Assembly (NCBI GenBank): GCA_036258335.1
Contig: DATADW010000083.1
Coordinates: 1 to 61,199 of the forward strand
DNA from: Acidimicrobiia bacterium
GTDB taxonomy: Bacteria > Actinomycetota > Acidimicrobiia > Spongiisociales > DATADW01
Direction: 5' to 3'
DNA length: 61,199 nt
In this document: piece after piece, positions 8,318 to 19,200 of the stretch
Layout: each line of letters starts with the position of its first letter
Position numbering within the stretch: position 1 is the first letter of the stretch
Program-made: the position numbers and the translations under genes
Notes under the pieces: generated by a model
What the model was told of the DNA's origin: nothing
Seen by the model: the letters and a program-made list of their open reading frames with translations, nothing else
The model's database searches: none

Positions 8318-9477
8318 ATGGGTCTTTCCAGGTATGCGTTGCCCACCATTGAGTAGAACTGATGGAGGGTGCTCTCCCGATTGCTGAGCGGCCCGGGCAG
8401 GTAGGCGCCACCGCTCAGCCCCCGCTGCACACCCTCGCAGGCCGACCAGTCCTCGCGGTTGGTGACGTCCCAGAAGTCGACGGCATAAGAGGGGTCGAAC
8501 CCAGGACGCGATCGCGCCTCGGGCGGGAAGAGCCAGATGCACTCGACAGTGGTGCGATCGGCCGCGACCGGGGTCAGGCGGTGGGTCATCACATAGTCGG
8601 GGTGGGCCGAGATCAGCAGGTTGGGGAAGAGCCCCACATAGAGCACTTGACGGAGTTGTTGCCGATCGAGCCCGGGAAGCGGGACTCCGTGGGACTTTCC
8701 GTCGAACGACATCGTCTCGGCGTGATCGGCAAGCTCCATCGGTCCGCCGCACCACCGCCCGGTCGGGACCAGATCGACACCGCTGTCGGGCGGGGACACT
8801 TTGCACAGCGCCGGGTGGATCGAGGTGCAGTGGTAGCACTCGTGGTAGTTCTCGACGAGCAGTTTCCAGTTGGCTTGGACGACGTAATCGTGCCTGGCCG
8901 CCTCGATCAGCCGCCCCGGGTCGTACGGATCGAGCAGCTCATCCAGATTGCCGAGCCACGTCACCAGCCCTTCGGGGTCACCCGCAGTGTTGACGAAGAG
9001 CCAGCCGTGGCGTTCTTCCAGATGCACCGGGATCAGGGGGTATTCACCCGGATCGAAGCCGGACGTGCCGATGAAGGAAGGGGCGGAGCGAAGGGAGCCG
9101 TCGAGCCCGTACGTCCAGGAGTGGTAGGGGCATCGCAATTGGCGCAACGCAGCCGTTTCTCGGTCCGGGAGCAGCTCATGGCCGCGGTGCCTGCACGTGT
9201 TGTGGAACCCGCGCAACTCGCCGCCGGCATCACGGACCAGGAGCAGCCGGGCGCGACCGGCGCTCAGCGCCCTGGCCATCCCGGCCTCGACCAACCCATC
9301 GACCCTCCCCAGGCAAAGCCAGGAGCCGGTGAAGATGTGGTCGATCTCCCAGGTCAACAGATCGGGCGAAAGGTATGCCTCGGCGGGCAGCGTCCGGCTT
9401 CGGCCGAACGGCTCGAGCGCCCGGAGCACGGCACCACGGTCTATGGGCGCGGGACGAACCGGGGTCGCCGGGGTCAT
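8314..9477 (-). CDS. Rieske [2Fe-2S] non-haem-iron oxygenase, alpha-subunit type
   Basis: Rieske motif CRHRGHELL...CPYHSWTY and mononuclear-iron motif NYHECYHCTSIHP. The ATG at 9477 overlaps the ppdK stop (ATGA). Confidence 0.85.
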   Translation of the reverse strand: MTPATPVRPAPIDRGAVLRALEPFGRSRTLPAEAYLSPDLLTWEIDHIFTGSWLCLGRVDGLVEAGMARALSAGRARLLLVRDAGGELRGFHNTCRHRGHELLPDRETAALRQLRCPYHSWTYGLDGSLRSAPSFIGTSGFDPGEYPLIPVHLEERHGWLFVNTAGDPEGLVTWLGNLDELLDPYDPGRLIEAARHDYVVQANWKLLVENYHECYHCTSIHPALCKVSPPDSGVDLVPTGRWCGGPMELADHAETMSFDGKSHGVPLPGLDRQQLRQVLYVGLFPNLLISAHPDYVMTHRLTPVAADRTTVECIWLFPPEARSRPGFDPSYAVDFWDVTNREDWSACEGVQRGLSGGAYLPGPLSNRESTLHQFYSMVGNAYLERPI

Positions 9478-12110
9478 ACGGAGCCGGCCGAGTCCCCTCC
9501 GCCAAGGGCCGCCTGGGCCGCGGCCAGCCGGGCCACCGGGATGCGGGGCGGGCTGGCCGACACGTAGTCGAGCCCCATGCGGTGGCACAAGGCGATCGAG
9601 GCTGGATCCCCGCCGTGCTCGCCGCAGACCCCCACCTCGAGCGAAGGGTTGGCCTCTTTCCCGGCAGCGGTGCCCATCTCCACCAGCCGTCCTACACCAT
9701 GCTCGTCCATGGTCTGGAACGGGTTCGAGGGGTAGATCCCCTGCTCCAAGAAGAAGGGGAGAAAGGACCGGTCGGCGTCGTCGCGGCTCAACCCATATGT
9801 GGTCTGGGTGAGGTCGTTGGTGCCGAACGAGAAGAAGTCGGCAACGCCGGCGATCTCACCGGCCAGCAGAGCCGCCCGCGGCAGCTCGATCATCGTCCCG
9901 ACCGGCACCTCGACTGCCTCGTCCGGGAACACGTCGGCTATCTCGGCCTCAATGGTGCTGCGGACCCGTCGAAGCTCCTCGGCGGTGGATACCAGCGGCA
10001 CCATGATCTCGAGGTGGGGATCGCCCCCGGCCTGACGGCGCCGCTTCATCGCCTGGAGGGCGGCCTGCACCTGGATCCGGTAGAGCTCGGGGACGAGCAA
10101 CCCGAGGCGGACGCCCCGCAGCCCGAGCATCGGGTTTGTCTCCTCCCACTTGGCAACCGCCCGTTCCAACTCGGCAATCCTGTCGTCGGGCGCCTGACCC
10201 TTCTCGGCTCGCTGTCGCCGTTCCCTCTCCAACTCGAGCCGGGACGGGAGGAACTCGTGGAGTGGCGGATCGAGCAGCCGGATGATCACGGGCAGTCCGT
10301 CCATCGCTTCGAGCAGGCCCTCAAAGTCTTCGGTCTGCTGGGCGCGAAGCCGTTCCAGGGCGGGATCCCGAACCTCGGGATCCTCGTTGAGGATTATCTG
10401 TTGAACGATGGCCAGCCGCTCGCCCATGAACATGTGCTCGGTGCGAGCCAGACCGATCCCCTCGGCGCCGGCCTCACGGGCACGGGCGGCGTCCGAAGGC
10501 GTGTCGGCATTGGCCCGAACACCCAGTGTGCGGAACTCGTCCGCCCAGGTCAGCAGCATCTCCAGTTGAGGTGTTTCAGAGGCGGGTTCGAGCGGCACCT
10601 CACCGCCGAACACGTTGCCGCTGGTGCCGTCGATGGTGATTACTTGCCCCTCGTTGATCGTGACATCCCCGACGGTCAGCAAGCTTGACCCCTCGTCCAC
10701 GTTGAGAGCCGAGGCTCCGGTCACCGCCGGCTTCCCCATACCACGGGCCACCACGGCGGCGTGGCTGGTCTTGCCTCCCCGGCTGGTGAGGATTCCCTGT
10801 GCAGCCGCCATCCCGTGGATGTCGTCAGGAGTGGTCTCGTGCCTCACCAGCACCACCGCCACATCCTGGCCGGCGCGCTCCACCGCCCGGTCGGCATCGA
10901 AGACAGCCTCGCCCGAGGCAGCGCCGGGGGATGCCGCCACCCCGTGCGCCAAAGGCTCGATTCCGGCGTCCTCTGCGATGGTGGGTCGCTGCAACTGCTC
11001 CAACACAGCAGGGTCGACCCGCAGCACAGCCTGACGCCGATCGATGAGGCCCTCATTGGCCATGTCCACCGCCAAGCGCACAGCCGCCCTGGCCGTCCTT
11101 TTGCCCACCCGGGTCTGCAGGATCCAGAGCGTGCCGTTCTCTACGGTGAACTCGATATCGCACATGTCCCGGTAGTGGTTCTCCAGGGTGTGCATCACCC
11201 CGAGCAATTCGGCGTGGACGCCAGGACGCTTGTCCTCGAGGTCGGCAAGCGACAGGGTGTTTCGTGCCCCGGCCACGACGTCCTCGCCTTGGGCGTTGAC
11301 CAGGTAGTCGCCGTAGGGATTCGGCTCGCCGCTCGATGGATCGCGGGTGAAGCACACGCCGGTACCGGAGTCCTCGCCGAGGTCCCCGAAGACCATCGTC
11401 TGCACGTTGCACGCCGTACCCAGATCACCTGGGATGTCGTGGAGCCGCCGATAGTCCACTGCCCTCCGGTTGCCCCACGAGGAGAAGACCGCGTTGACCG
11501 CCGCCCGCAGTTGCTCCATCGGCTCGGTGGGGACGCTCTGCCCCGCTTCCTCGATGATGCTGCGGAAGCGCCCGGTTGCCGTTTCCAAATCGCCCGCCGT
11601 CAGCTCGGCGTCGGTTTCGACGCCTCGGGTCTGACGCAGCTCGGTGAGGACCTCTTCGAAACCCTCGCCGGGGACGTTGAGCACCACCTTGCCGAACATC
11701 TGGAGGAACCGGCGGTAGACGTCCCACGACACGCGCTCCCTCCCTGCCCACTCGGCGATCTCCTTCACCACGACGTCGTTGATCCCGAGATTGAGAATCG
11801 TGTCCATCATCCCCGGCATGGAGAATTTGGCGCCCGACCGGACAGACACCAGAAGTGGGGTCTTGCCGCCGCCGCCAAAGCTCCGGCCACAGCTCTCCTC
11901 GAGCCTGCCGATGGCGCCTGCGATCTCCTCCCAGAGCCCCTCGGGGCCCTCGCCATTCTCCATGAAGACCCGGCATGCTTCAGTGGTGATGGTGAATCCG
12001 GGGGGGACCCGCAACCCGAGGTTGGTCATCTCCCCCAAACCGGCGCCCTTGCCGCCAAGGAGGTCTTTCTGATCATTTGACCCCTCGGCGAAGTCGTACA
12101 CATAACGCAT
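9474..12110 (-). CDS. ppdK: pyruvate, phosphate dikinase
   Basis: Starts [28 protein letters not shown] (ATG 12110). Phospho-His loop [17 protein letters not shown] and a C-terminal PEP-utilising TIM barrel are present. The ORF-track N-terminal extension was rejected. Confidence 0.95.
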   Translation of the reverse strand: MRYVYDFAEGSNDQKDLLGGKGAGLGEMTNLGLRVPPGFTITTEACRVFMENGEGPEGLWEEIAGAIGRLEESCGRSFGGGGKTPLLVSVRSGAKFSMPGMMDTILNLGINDVVVKEIAEWAGRERVSWDVYRRFLQMFGKVVLNVPGEGFEEVLTELRQTRGVETDAELTAGDLETATGRFRSIIEEAGQSVPTEPMEQLRAAVNAVFSSWGNRRAVDYRRLHDIPGDLGTACNVQTMVFGDLGEDSGTGVCFTRDPSSGEPNPYGDYLVNAQGEDVVAGARNTLSLADLEDKRPGVHAELLGVMHTLENHYRDMCDIEFTVENGTLWILQTRVGKRTARAAVRLAVDMANEGLIDRRQAVLRVDPAVLEQLQRPTIAEDAGIEPLAHGVAASPGAASGEAVFDADRAVERAGQDVAVVLVRHETTPDDIHGMAAAQGILTSRGGKTSHAAVVARGMGKPAVTGASALNVDEGSSLLTVGDVTINEGQVITIDGTSGNVFGGEVPLEPASETPQLEMLLTWADEFRTLGVRANADTPSDAARAREAGAEGIGLARTEHMFMGERLAIVQQIILNEDPEVRDPALERLRAQQTEDFEGLLEAMDGLPVIIRLLDPPLHEFLPSRLELERERRQRAEKGQAPDDRIAELERAVAKWEETNPMLGLRGVRLGLLVPELYRIQVQAALQAMKRRRQAGGDPHLEIMVPLVSTAEELRRVRSTIEAEIADVFPDEAVEVPVGTMIELPRAALLAGEIAGVADFFSFGTNDLTQTTYGLSRDDADRSFLPFFLEQGIYPSNPFQTMDEHGVGRLVEMGTAAGKEANPSLEVGVCGEHGGDPASIALCHRMGLDYVSASPPRIPVARLAAAQAALGGGDSAGSV

Positions 12111-12224
12111 TGCGCTCTCCGGCCTTGGATGGTGGGACGGTACTCGCCGTCCCCTGGTGACATCGTCTCGCCATCCGGAAAGAGTCGCCGAGTTCTGGCC
12201 GTCGGCAGTGCCAGGATGTCGCCG

Positions 12225-13229
12225 ATGAGAGTGGCCGTGTTCAGCGCCAAGAGCTACGACATCGAATACCTCGGCGCCGCCGCCGCCGGGAGGCACGAGC
12301 TCGAGTTCCTCGAGCCCAGGCTGAGCGCGCAGACTGCCGGGCTGGCCTCGGGATTCCCCGCTGTGTCGTTGTTCGTCAACGACCAGGCCGATGCCGCCGC
12401 ACTCGAGCAGCTGGCCGCGGTCGGCGTCCGTCATCTTGCTTTACGGAGCGCCGGGTACAACCACGTCGACCTCGAGGCTGCAGAACGACTCGGGATCGGT
12501 GTGGCCCGTGTCCCCGCCTACTCGCCGCACGCCGTCGCCGAGCACACCGTGGCGCTCATGCTCGACCTCAATCGGCGGATCCACCGCGCCTACACCAGGG
12601 TGCGCGACCTCAACTTCTCGCTCGAAGGCTTGCTCGGTTTCGACCTCAACGGCAAGACCGTCGGCGTCGTGGGGACAGGCGCAATCGGCGCCGTCGTGGT
12701 CAGGATCCTCCGCGGGTTCGGATGCCGGATCCTCGCCCACGACGTTGTCGAGAACGAGCAGTGCATCGCTCTGGGCGCCCAATACGCCTCGCTCCAACGG
12801 CTGCTCACCGAATCGGACATCGTCACCTTGCACTGCCCGCTCACTCCCGACACCGAGCATCTCATCCGAGCGGAGACGCTGGCGATAGCGAAGCCGGGGA
12901 TGATGCTGATCAACACCAGCCGGGGTGGTTTGGTCGATACCGGGGCGGTGATCGAGGCGCTCATGGACGGGGTGATCGGCTATCTCGGGCTGGACGTTTA
13001 CGAGGAGGAGGCCGATCTCTTCTTCACGGACCTATCTGATCGGGTGGTCCGCGACGACGTCATCGTCCGGCTGCTCGCACTCCCAAATGTTCTGGTGACC
13101 GGCCACCAAGCCTTTTTCACCCGAGAAGCCCTCGAGAAGATCGCCGAGGTCACGGTGGCAAACCTGACCGCCTTCGAGGCAGGCCGGTCATCGGGCAACG
13201 AGGTGGGTTCGGAGCGGATCCGGGGCTAG
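12225..13229 (+). CDS. ldhA: D-lactate dehydrogenase / D-isomer 2-hydroxyacid dehydrogenase
   Basis: Starts [15 protein letters not shown] fold [16 protein letters not shown] and the catalytic region TGHQAFFT are present. Confidence 0.85.
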   Translation: MRVAVFSAKSYDIEYLGAAAAGRHELEFLEPRLSAQTAGLASGFPAVSLFVNDQADAAALEQLAAVGVRHLALRSAGYNHVDLEAAERLGIGVARVPAYSPHAVAEHTVALMLDLNRRIHRAYTRVRDLNFSLEGLLGFDLNGKTVGVVGTGAIGAVVVRILRGFGCRILAHDVVENEQCIALGAQYASLQRLLTESDIVTLHCPLTPDTEHLIRAETLAIAKPGMMLINTSRGGLVDTGAVIEALMDGVIGYLGLDVYEEEADLFFTDLSDRVVRDDVIVRLLALPNVLVTGHQAFFTREALEKIAEVTVANLTAFEAGRSSGNEVGSERIRG

Positions 13230-13241
13230 CCGCACCGGTAG

Positions 13242-13271
13242 CCTCCTGATTGACGAGCAGCGATCAGGAGG
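13242..13271 (+). promoter_or_regulatory. perfect 9-bp stem hairpin whose 3' arm contains the Shine-Dalgarno of the CBS gene
   Basis: cctcctgat (13242-13250) pairs with atcaggagg (13263-13271) around a 12-nt loop. ATG 13276 follows 4 nt later. The hairpin lies 12 nt after the ldhA stop. Confidence 0.45.
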
Positions 13272-13275
13272 ACCG

Positions 13276-13941
13276 ATGCGGGTCGGCGATGTGATGACCA
13301 CCAAGGTGCTGACTGTCACCGGCGGTGAGAGCCTCAAGGGAGCCGCCCGCATCATGGTCGAGGCGGGGGTCAGCGGGCTGCCGGTGCTGGATGATTCGGG
13401 TGCTTTGGTGGGGATCATCACCGAGGCCGATTTCGTCAGACGCCAGGCTCGGGAGGATCGGGGCCGCTTGCTAAACGTCGTCCTCCAGCGACATGACCCG
13501 GTGCCTGGGGCCACCACGGTGGGACAGGTGATGACCCCGTCGCCCATCGTCATTTACCCCGAGGCCACGGTGACCGAAGCAGCTCGGGTGATGCTCGCTC
13601 ACAAGGTGAAGCGCCTCCCCGTGGTGGACGACGTCGGCAAGCTCGTGGGGGTCGTAAGCAGGGCTGATCTGATGAGCGCCTTCACCATCGCCGACGATGA
13701 GTTGGCCGACACGGTGCGAAACGACGTCCTCAAGCGGGTCCTGCTACTCGACCCGGCTTCGCTCGATGTGGTGGTCGAGGACGGCGTCGCCTCGATCAGC
13801 GGCGAGGTGCCCCGCCGCAGCGATGCCCGCATCCTCGAGGAGCTGACCCGAAGGCTGGACGGAATCGTCCACGTCGAAACCGACCTGACCTGGGAGCTCG
13901 ACGACACCAGAACCGATCGGCCAGGACCGAACCTGCCTTGA
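13276..13941 (+). CDS. CBS-pair plus BON domain protein
   Basis: Two CBS modules (VMTTKVLTV...GLPVLD and VMTPSPIVI...RLPVVD) and a C-terminal BON-like segment (VASISGEVPRRSDARILEELTRRLDGIVHVE). Confidence 0.8.
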   Translation: MRVGDVMTTKVLTVTGGESLKGAARIMVEAGVSGLPVLDDSGALVGIITEADFVRRQAREDRGRLLNVVLQRHDPVPGATTVGQVMTPSPIVIYPEATVTEAARVMLAHKVKRLPVVDDVGKLVGVVSRADLMSAFTIADDELADTVRNDVLKRVLLLDPASLDVVVEDGVASISGEVPRRSDARILEELTRRLDGIVHVETDLTWELDDTRTDRPGPNLP

Positions 13942-13987
13942 GCCCGTCGGGCGGCGAATCCCTCGCACCCGATTACCCTGCCCGGCC

Positions 13988-14602
13988 ATGGCTCGACCGC
14001 GCGGCAGGGCACTCGAACAGCAGCGTGCGGCCAAGGAGGAGGCCCGAGAACAAACGCGCCGCCACACTTCGCGGCGCAACCTGTGGATCGGGATCGGCGT
14101 CGCCGTCGCTCTCATCGGCGGGCTGGTCGCCTTCGTCCTCACCCGCCGCGACCCCCTAGAGGGCGCCGACATAACGGCCTACCCGGATCTCGGCGTCGCG
14201 CATCTGGCTGCGGGAGACCCGGCTCCCGAGTACAACTCGAACCCACCCACCAGCGGGCCCCATGCCCTACAGCCGGCAGCCTGCGGCATCTACCGCGAGC
14301 CAGTCAGCGACACCCAGCAGGTCCACACGCTGGAGCATGGCGCCATCATCGTCCAGTACGACCCGACCCTCCCCGAGGAGGACGTAGTGCGGCTCGAGGA
14401 GTTGGCCCGATCCATCGGCGACCAGATCCTGGTGGCCCCTCGGTCGGGGATGCCGGCACCGGTGGCAGTCACCTCGTGGGCAACGGTCATGCTGCTCGAC
14501 GAGGTCGACGAGGACATCATCAACGCCTTCCACCTCCGTTACGAGGACCAGAGCCCCGAGCCACTCGCTGTCTGCCCGCTTCAGGTGGACGAGGCGGCTT
14601 GA
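13988..14602 (+). CDS. DUF3105 domain membrane-anchored protein
   Basis: N-terminal TM segment, then the PPTSGPH and HTLEHGAIIVQY motifs typical of DUF3105. Confidence 0.7.
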   Translation: MARPRGRALEQQRAAKEEAREQTRRHTSRRNLWIGIGVAVALIGGLVAFVLTRRDPLEGADITAYPDLGVAHLAAGDPAPEYNSNPPTSGPHALQPAACGIYREPVSDTQQVHTLEHGAIIVQYDPTLPEEDVVRLEELARSIGDQILVAPRSGMPAPVAVTSWATVMLLDEVDEDIINAFHLRYEDQSPEPLAVCPLQVDEAA

Positions 14603-15486
14603 TCGCCGAGGATCCGGGCCTACCGGCCACGACCACATGGCCGGGTTCGAAGCCAACGCTGCTGTTGACCCACGCCACGGGCTTCTGCAAGGAGGTCTGG
14701 CGGCCGGTGGTCGAGGAAGCGCGGCGAGCCGGCATCGACAACGAGATCGTCGCGCTCGACTTTGCCGGTCACGGCGCAACCCCGGTCAGGGTCGACCCGG
14801 GGGACTGGTCGGGGTTCACCACCGATGTCGCCCAGGTGGTCGATCGGCTCGGGTCGCCTGTTGTGGGTGTCGGGCACTCGATGGGCGCTACCGCCCTGAT
14901 CCTTGCCGAACTGGCCCGACCCGGAAGCTTCGCCGGGCTGATGCTCATCGAGCCCGTGGTCTTCCCCGATGGAGGACGAGACGAGCTGTTGGAGAGGCTG
15001 GAGCGAGCAACCCTTCGGCGCAAGGGCGAGTTCTCCGACCGAGCGGCGGCTTCGTCGAACTTCAGGGGCAAGCCGGCGTTCGCCGGGTGGCACCATGCAG
15101 CCCTTGAGGGGTATCTCGACGGCGGGCTCGTCACGGTTGATGGAGGCGTCGCCCTGTCCTGCCCGCCGCAGGTGGAAGCGAGGGTCTATCCGGGGGCAGC
15201 CCGTCACCGCGCCTGGTACCGGCTGCACGAGTTGAACCTGCCGGTCGTGGTGATGGCCAGCGGTGCCTCGGCCGAGTTCCCCCCTGGTTTCCTCGGGGAG
15301 ATCGTGCAACGGATCACCGGCGCCCGAGCGCTCGAGGTCCCGGGCACCAGCCATTTCCTCCCGATGGAGCGCCCGGACGCGGTCGCCGCCGAGATGGTGA
15401 CGCTGATCTCAGAAGATCAGACGAGCCGCGAGGTTGGCGTGGACAATCCGCTCTCGGTGGTCCGGCCGGCTGCTTATCCTGGATGA
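14599..15486 (+). CDS. alpha/beta hydrolase
   Basis: Nucleophile elbow GHSMGA and a C-terminal His (GTSHFLPMERP). TTG 14599 overlaps the upstream stop (TTGA). The 467-aa track ORF N-terminus is a shadow over the DUF3105 gene. Confidence 0.75.
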   Translation: MIAEDPGLPATTTWPGSKPTLLLTHATGFCKEVWRPVVEEARRAGIDNEIVALDFAGHGATPVRVDPGDWSGFTTDVAQVVDRLGSPVVGVGHSMGATALILAELARPGSFAGLMLIEPVVFPDGGRDELLERLERATLRRKGEFSDRAAASSNFRGKPAFAGWHHAALEGYLDGGLVTVDGGVALSCPPQVEARVYPGAARHRAWYRLHELNLPVVVMASGASAEFPPGFLGEIVQRITGARALEVPGTSHFLPMERPDAVAAEMVTLISEDQTSREVGVDNPLSVVRPAAYPG

Positions 15487-15555
15487 GGTCGTCGTCTCGG
15501 AGCATCGTGCTGGCTCATCGGTGAACCCCGGCCCGTCCACGAAGGAGGCTTCACC

Positions 15556-17046
15556 ATGCCCGGCATCCATTTCGACGATCTCACCTTCCGATATTCGTCC
15601 GCTGTCGATCTCTTTGACCACCTCACCGTGCATCTCGGTTCGGGGTGGACCGGTGTCGTGGGTGAGAACGGGACCGGCAAGAGCACGCTGCTCCGCCTCG
15701 CCGCCGCCGAGCTGAGACCGTCGTCTGGGACGGTGGTCATCGATCCACCGGGTGCCAGCCTCGTCTTGTGTCCGCAAACGGTCGATGACCTCACCCAGCA
15801 GGTGGAGGATTTCGCCGCCTCGTGGGATGGCGCCGACTCGGCTCTCCGCAGCCGGCTCGACCTCGACCCCGCCGACCTCGGGCGCTGGACGACGCTATCC
15901 CCCGGCGAACGAAAGAGGTGGCAGGTGGGCGCGGCCCTGATGGTCAGACCCGAGGTCCTGCTGGTCGACGAGCCGACCAACCACCTCGATGCCGAAACGC
16001 GGCGGGTGCTGGTCAGCGCCCTTGCCGGGTTTGTGGGGGCAGGGATGGTGGTGTCGCACGACCGCGCCCTGCTCGATAGGTTGTGCCGACGGATCCTCAG
16101 AGTCGCTATCGGCGATGTCCGACTGTGGAACGGTGACTACACGACGGCGAGCCGCGGTTGGGAGTCCGATGCGGCCGAGCAACGCACCGAGCTCGAAGCG
16201 CTTCGGACCCAGGAGCGGAGGATGGCACGCGAACTGGCCGACCGACGACGGGTGCTGGAGGAAAAGCAGGCGGTTCGCCGCCGGCAGATGCGCCAAGCCG
16301 CCGGTGACCATGATGTGACCTCGGCCGTGGCCACCTACCGCGCCGCCGCGGCCCAACGAGCGGCGTCCCGAGGGGCGAGCGTGCTGCGACGCAAACTGGA
16401 CAAGGCCGAGGACCGGCGGCGGTCGATCGCTCCTCCGTCGGAGCACGGGGGGCGGGTGTCCTTCGCATACCAGCCGCCTGCCCGGCGGCGTCTGCTCACG
16501 CATCAGGGCACGCTGCTCGCAGGGGACCAGGTCATAATCGAGGACGCTTCGGTGGTGGTCGAGCGCAACGACCGGATCCGGCTGTCGGGACGGAACGGCG
16601 CGGGGAAATCCACCCTGTTGCGAGCCCTTGTCGACGAGTCGGACCTGCCGCCGGCGCTGCTGCTCTTTCTCCCACAGGAGCTCGATGAATCCGGCCGGGC
16701 GCAAGCGCGGCGCGCCTTGCTGGGTTTGGAGCCGGGGGAGCGGGGCGAGGTGCTGGCGATCGTTGGGTCCTTAGGTACCGATCCGGAGCGGGTGCTGGCG
16801 ACCGAACTGCCGTCACCAGGAGAGGCGCGCAAGCTGTCGCTGGCGCTGGGACTGGCCCGCCAGGTCTGGTGCCTTGTCCTCGACGAGCCGACCAACCACC
16901 TCGACCTTCCTTCTGTGGAGAGGATGGAGGTGGCTCTGACCGGTTTTCCCGGTGCGGTTGTACTGGTTACCCACGATGACTGGCTTGCGGCAGCGGTGAC
17001 CAATAGCGAGTGGCACATCGACCGCGGCACTGTCACCGTCGTATGA
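15556..17046 (+). CDS. ABC-F family ATPase (two ABC domains, no TM domain)
   Basis: AAGGAGG lies upstream. Two Walker A motifs (GENGTGKST, GRNGAGKST), two signature/Walker B sets (LSPGERKRW...LLVDEPTNHLD and PSPGEARKL...LVLDEPTNHLD) and an Arg/Glu-rich interdomain linker. Confidence 0.85.
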   Translation: MPGIHFDDLTFRYSSAVDLFDHLTVHLGSGWTGVVGENGTGKSTLLRLAAAELRPSSGTVVIDPPGASLVLCPQTVDDLTQQVEDFAASWDGADSALRSRLDLDPADLGRWTTLSPGERKRWQVGAALMVRPEVLLVDEPTNHLDAETRRVLVSALAGFVGAGMVVSHDRALLDRLCRRILRVAIGDVRLWNGDYTTASRGWESDAAEQRTELEALRTQERRMARELADRRRVLEEKQAVRRRQMRQAAGDHDVTSAVATYRAAAAQRAASRGASVLRRKLDKAEDRRRSIAPPSEHGGRVSFAYQPPARRRLLTHQGTLLAGDQVIIEDASVVVERNDRIRLSGRNGAGKSTLLRALVDESDLPPALLLFLPQELDESGRAQARRALLGLEPGERGEVLAIVGSLGTDPERVLATELPSPGEARKLSLALGLARQVWCLVLDEPTNHLDLPSVERMEVALTGFPGAVVLVTHDDWLAAAVTNSEWHIDRGTVTVV

Positions 17047-17504
17047 GCATGTCACCGCCCATGCCAGCCGATAGTGAGGAAGGGGACCTTCGGGTGAGTC
17101 GAGAGATCATCATCCGTCGTCACGAGCTGGATGAGCGGTTTGACCCCTCAGGTGGTCCCGGTGGGCAGCACGCCAACCGATCGAACACCAGGGTGGAGCT
17201 GTCCTTCGACCTCGGTTCGAGCACCTCGCTCCCGCCCGAGGCCAAGCGACGGGCGTTGCGGCTGCTGGCGGATCGGTTCCCCGACGGTGTCGTGAGCATC
17301 ACCGCTGCCGACACCCGCTCCCAGTGGCGCAACCGGAGGATCGCACGAGCGCGGCTGGCAGACCTCCTCGCCGACGCCATCGCCGCCCCGCCGCCGCCCC
17401 GCCGCCCCACGCGGCCCACCGCCGCCTCCCGGCGGAGGAGGCTCGATGAGAAGCGGATGCGCGCCGAGGTGAAGCGGTTGCGGCGCCGTCCCGATGTCGA
17501 ATGA
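17043..17504 (+). CDS. arfB: alternative ribosome-rescue factor ArfB (peptidyl-tRNA hydrolase, GGQ)
   Basis: GPGGQHANRSNTRVEL plus a basic C-terminal tail (RRPTRPTAASRRRRLDEKRMRAEVKRLRRR), as in E. coli YaeJ. ATGA overlap with the ABC-F stop. Confidence 0.85.
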   Translation: MSMSPPMPADSEEGDLRVSREIIIRRHELDERFDPSGGPGGQHANRSNTRVELSFDLGSSTSLPPEAKRRALRLLADRFPDGVVSITAADTRSQWRNRRIARARLADLLADAIAAPPPPRRPTRPTAASRRRRLDEKRMRAEVKRLRRRPDVE

Positions 17505-19135
17505 CTCCCCAAGACGAGACCGTCGCCGCGGTGCCGCCACCCGAGCACTGGTGGCAGGGGGCGGTTGTCTACCAGATCTACGTCCGCAGCTTCGCCGACT
17601 CCGACGGCGACGGGATCGGCGACCTGGAAGGGATACGGTCGAGGCTCGATCATCTGACCGAGACGCTCGGGGTCGACGCCATATGGATCACCCCTTTCTT
17701 CCCCTCCCCAATGCGCGACTTCGGCTACGACGTTGCCGACTACTGCGATGTCGACCCGCTGTTTGGGGACCTGGCCCGTTTCGACTCACTTCTCTCCGAT
17801 TGTCACCAGCGCGGGCTCAGGGTGATGATCGACTGGGTACCCAACCACACATCGGACCTTCACCCCTGGTTTGTGGAGTCACGGTCCTCGCGGGATAACC
17901 CCAAGCGAGATTGGTACGTCTGGCGGGACCCCGCAGATGACGGTTCACCGCCCAACAACTGGCTCGCCATGTTCGGAGGCTCATCGTGGGAATGGGACGA
18001 GCGGACGCGGCAGTACTACCTGCACTCGTTTCTCCCCGAGCAGCCCGATCTCGACTGGCGCAACCCCGAGGTCGAGTCGGCCATGCTCGATAGCCTTCGC
18101 TTCTGGTTGGACCGGGGTGTCGATGGCGTGCGCATCGATGTGGCGCACTACCTGATGAAAGACCCGGGTCTGACCGACAATCCGCCTGCTGAGGGCCCGA
18201 CGGATTATCGGCCGCTGGGCGAGCCCGATAGCCAGATCCACATCAACGACAGGGGCCATCCTGACATCCACTCACTTTTCCGGCGGATCCGCGGTGTGCT
18301 CGATTCCTATCCCGATGACCGGTTCGCCATCGCCGAGATCCACGAGTCCGACTGGGAGACCTGGGCCTCGTACTACCAGCCGCCGTCGCTCGACAGCATC
18401 CACATGCCCTTCAACTTCTCGCTGCTCTACGCCCCCTGGGACGCCGAGGAGCTTCGGCAGAGCATCGAAGCCGCCGAGGCGGCGGTGCCCGAGGGCGCCT
18501 GGCCCAATCATGTGCTGGGGAACCACGACGAGGCCAGGGTTGCCTCCCGGTTCGGCGAGCGGCGTGCGGGTTTGGCCGCCATCCTGCTGCTCACCCTACG
18601 GGGCACGGTCACTATGTACTACGGCGACGAGATAGGAATGCCCGAGACCGCCATCCCCCCCGGTGAGATTCGCGATCCTCAGGGGATCAGGCTGGGAACC
18701 CCGACACGCGACGGTTGCCGCACCCCGATGCAATGGAGCGATCAACCGCACGCCGGGTTCTCCCCCCCGGAGGCGCCGGGGACATGGCTCCCGCTGTCGA
18801 CCGACTGGAAGCAGCGCAATGTGGACAGCCAGCTCGACGACCCGGGTTCGCTGCTCCAGCTCTACCACCGGCTGCTGGCTGCCCGCCGTTCCCCGTCGCT
18901 GCGCCGAGGTGCGTTCCGTTCGCTTCCCGCGCCACCGGGTTGCCTGGTCTATGAGAGGTCCGCTCCTGGGTCGGCTGCCGTGGTGGTAGCGCTCAACCTG
19001 GGTGGAGATGTGACCGCAATCGACTTGCCGGCAGGGACGGTGCTCGTCGCCACCGACCCGGGCGCCGAGGGAAAGCCTGTGAGCGGGCCAATCGAGCTGG
19101 CGGGGAACGAGGGGGTCGTCATAGAGCTCACGTGA
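17501..19135 (+). CDS. GH13 alpha-glucosidase / oligo-1,6-glucosidase-like
   Basis: WWQGAVVYQIYVRSFADSDGDGIGDL, VPNHTSDLHPWF and GVDGVRIDVAHY. ATGA overlap with the arfB stop. Confidence 0.85.
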   Translation: MTPQDETVAAVPPPEHWWQGAVVYQIYVRSFADSDGDGIGDLEGIRSRLDHLTETLGVDAIWITPFFPSPMRDFGYDVADYCDVDPLFGDLARFDSLLSDCHQRGLRVMIDWVPNHTSDLHPWFVESRSSRDNPKRDWYVWRDPADDGSPPNNWLAMFGGSSWEWDERTRQYYLHSFLPEQPDLDWRNPEVESAMLDSLRFWLDRGVDGVRIDVAHYLMKDPGLTDNPPAEGPTDYRPLGEPDSQIHINDRGHPDIHSLFRRIRGVLDSYPDDRFAIAEIHESDWETWASYYQPPSLDSIHMPFNFSLLYAPWDAEELRQSIEAAEAAVPEGAWPNHVLGNHDEARVASRFGERRAGLAAILLLTLRGTVTMYYGDEIGMPETAIPPGEIRDPQGIRLGTPTRDGCRTPMQWSDQPHAGFSPPEAPGTWLPLSTDWKQRNVDSQLDDPGSLLQLYHRLLAARRSPSLRRGAFRSLPAPPGCLVYERSAPGSAAVVVALNLGGDVTAIDLPAGTVLVATDPGAEGKPVSGPIELAGNEGVVIELT

Positions 19136-19200
19136 GAGGTCGCGGGAGAGCTGCTGCCTGCGGAGTGCGGTCAACCGGGGAGACGTGCCACGATGGGCGG

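Noticed and set aside
14083-14598. N-terminal extensions of several track ORFs: 14083, 19132, 20199, 12129, 1948, 2429, 36287, 12434 and 9588.
   Set aside because: The extensions overlap the upstream gene or are Arg/Pro-rich. Internal starts restore family-typical N-termini and often create 4-nt coupled overlaps.
14643-14654. tRNA T-arm-like strings (GGTTCGAAGCC here, GGGTTCGATCCC at 58572).
   Set aside because: Both lie inside well-supported CDSs. I could not build acceptor or anticodon stems around them.
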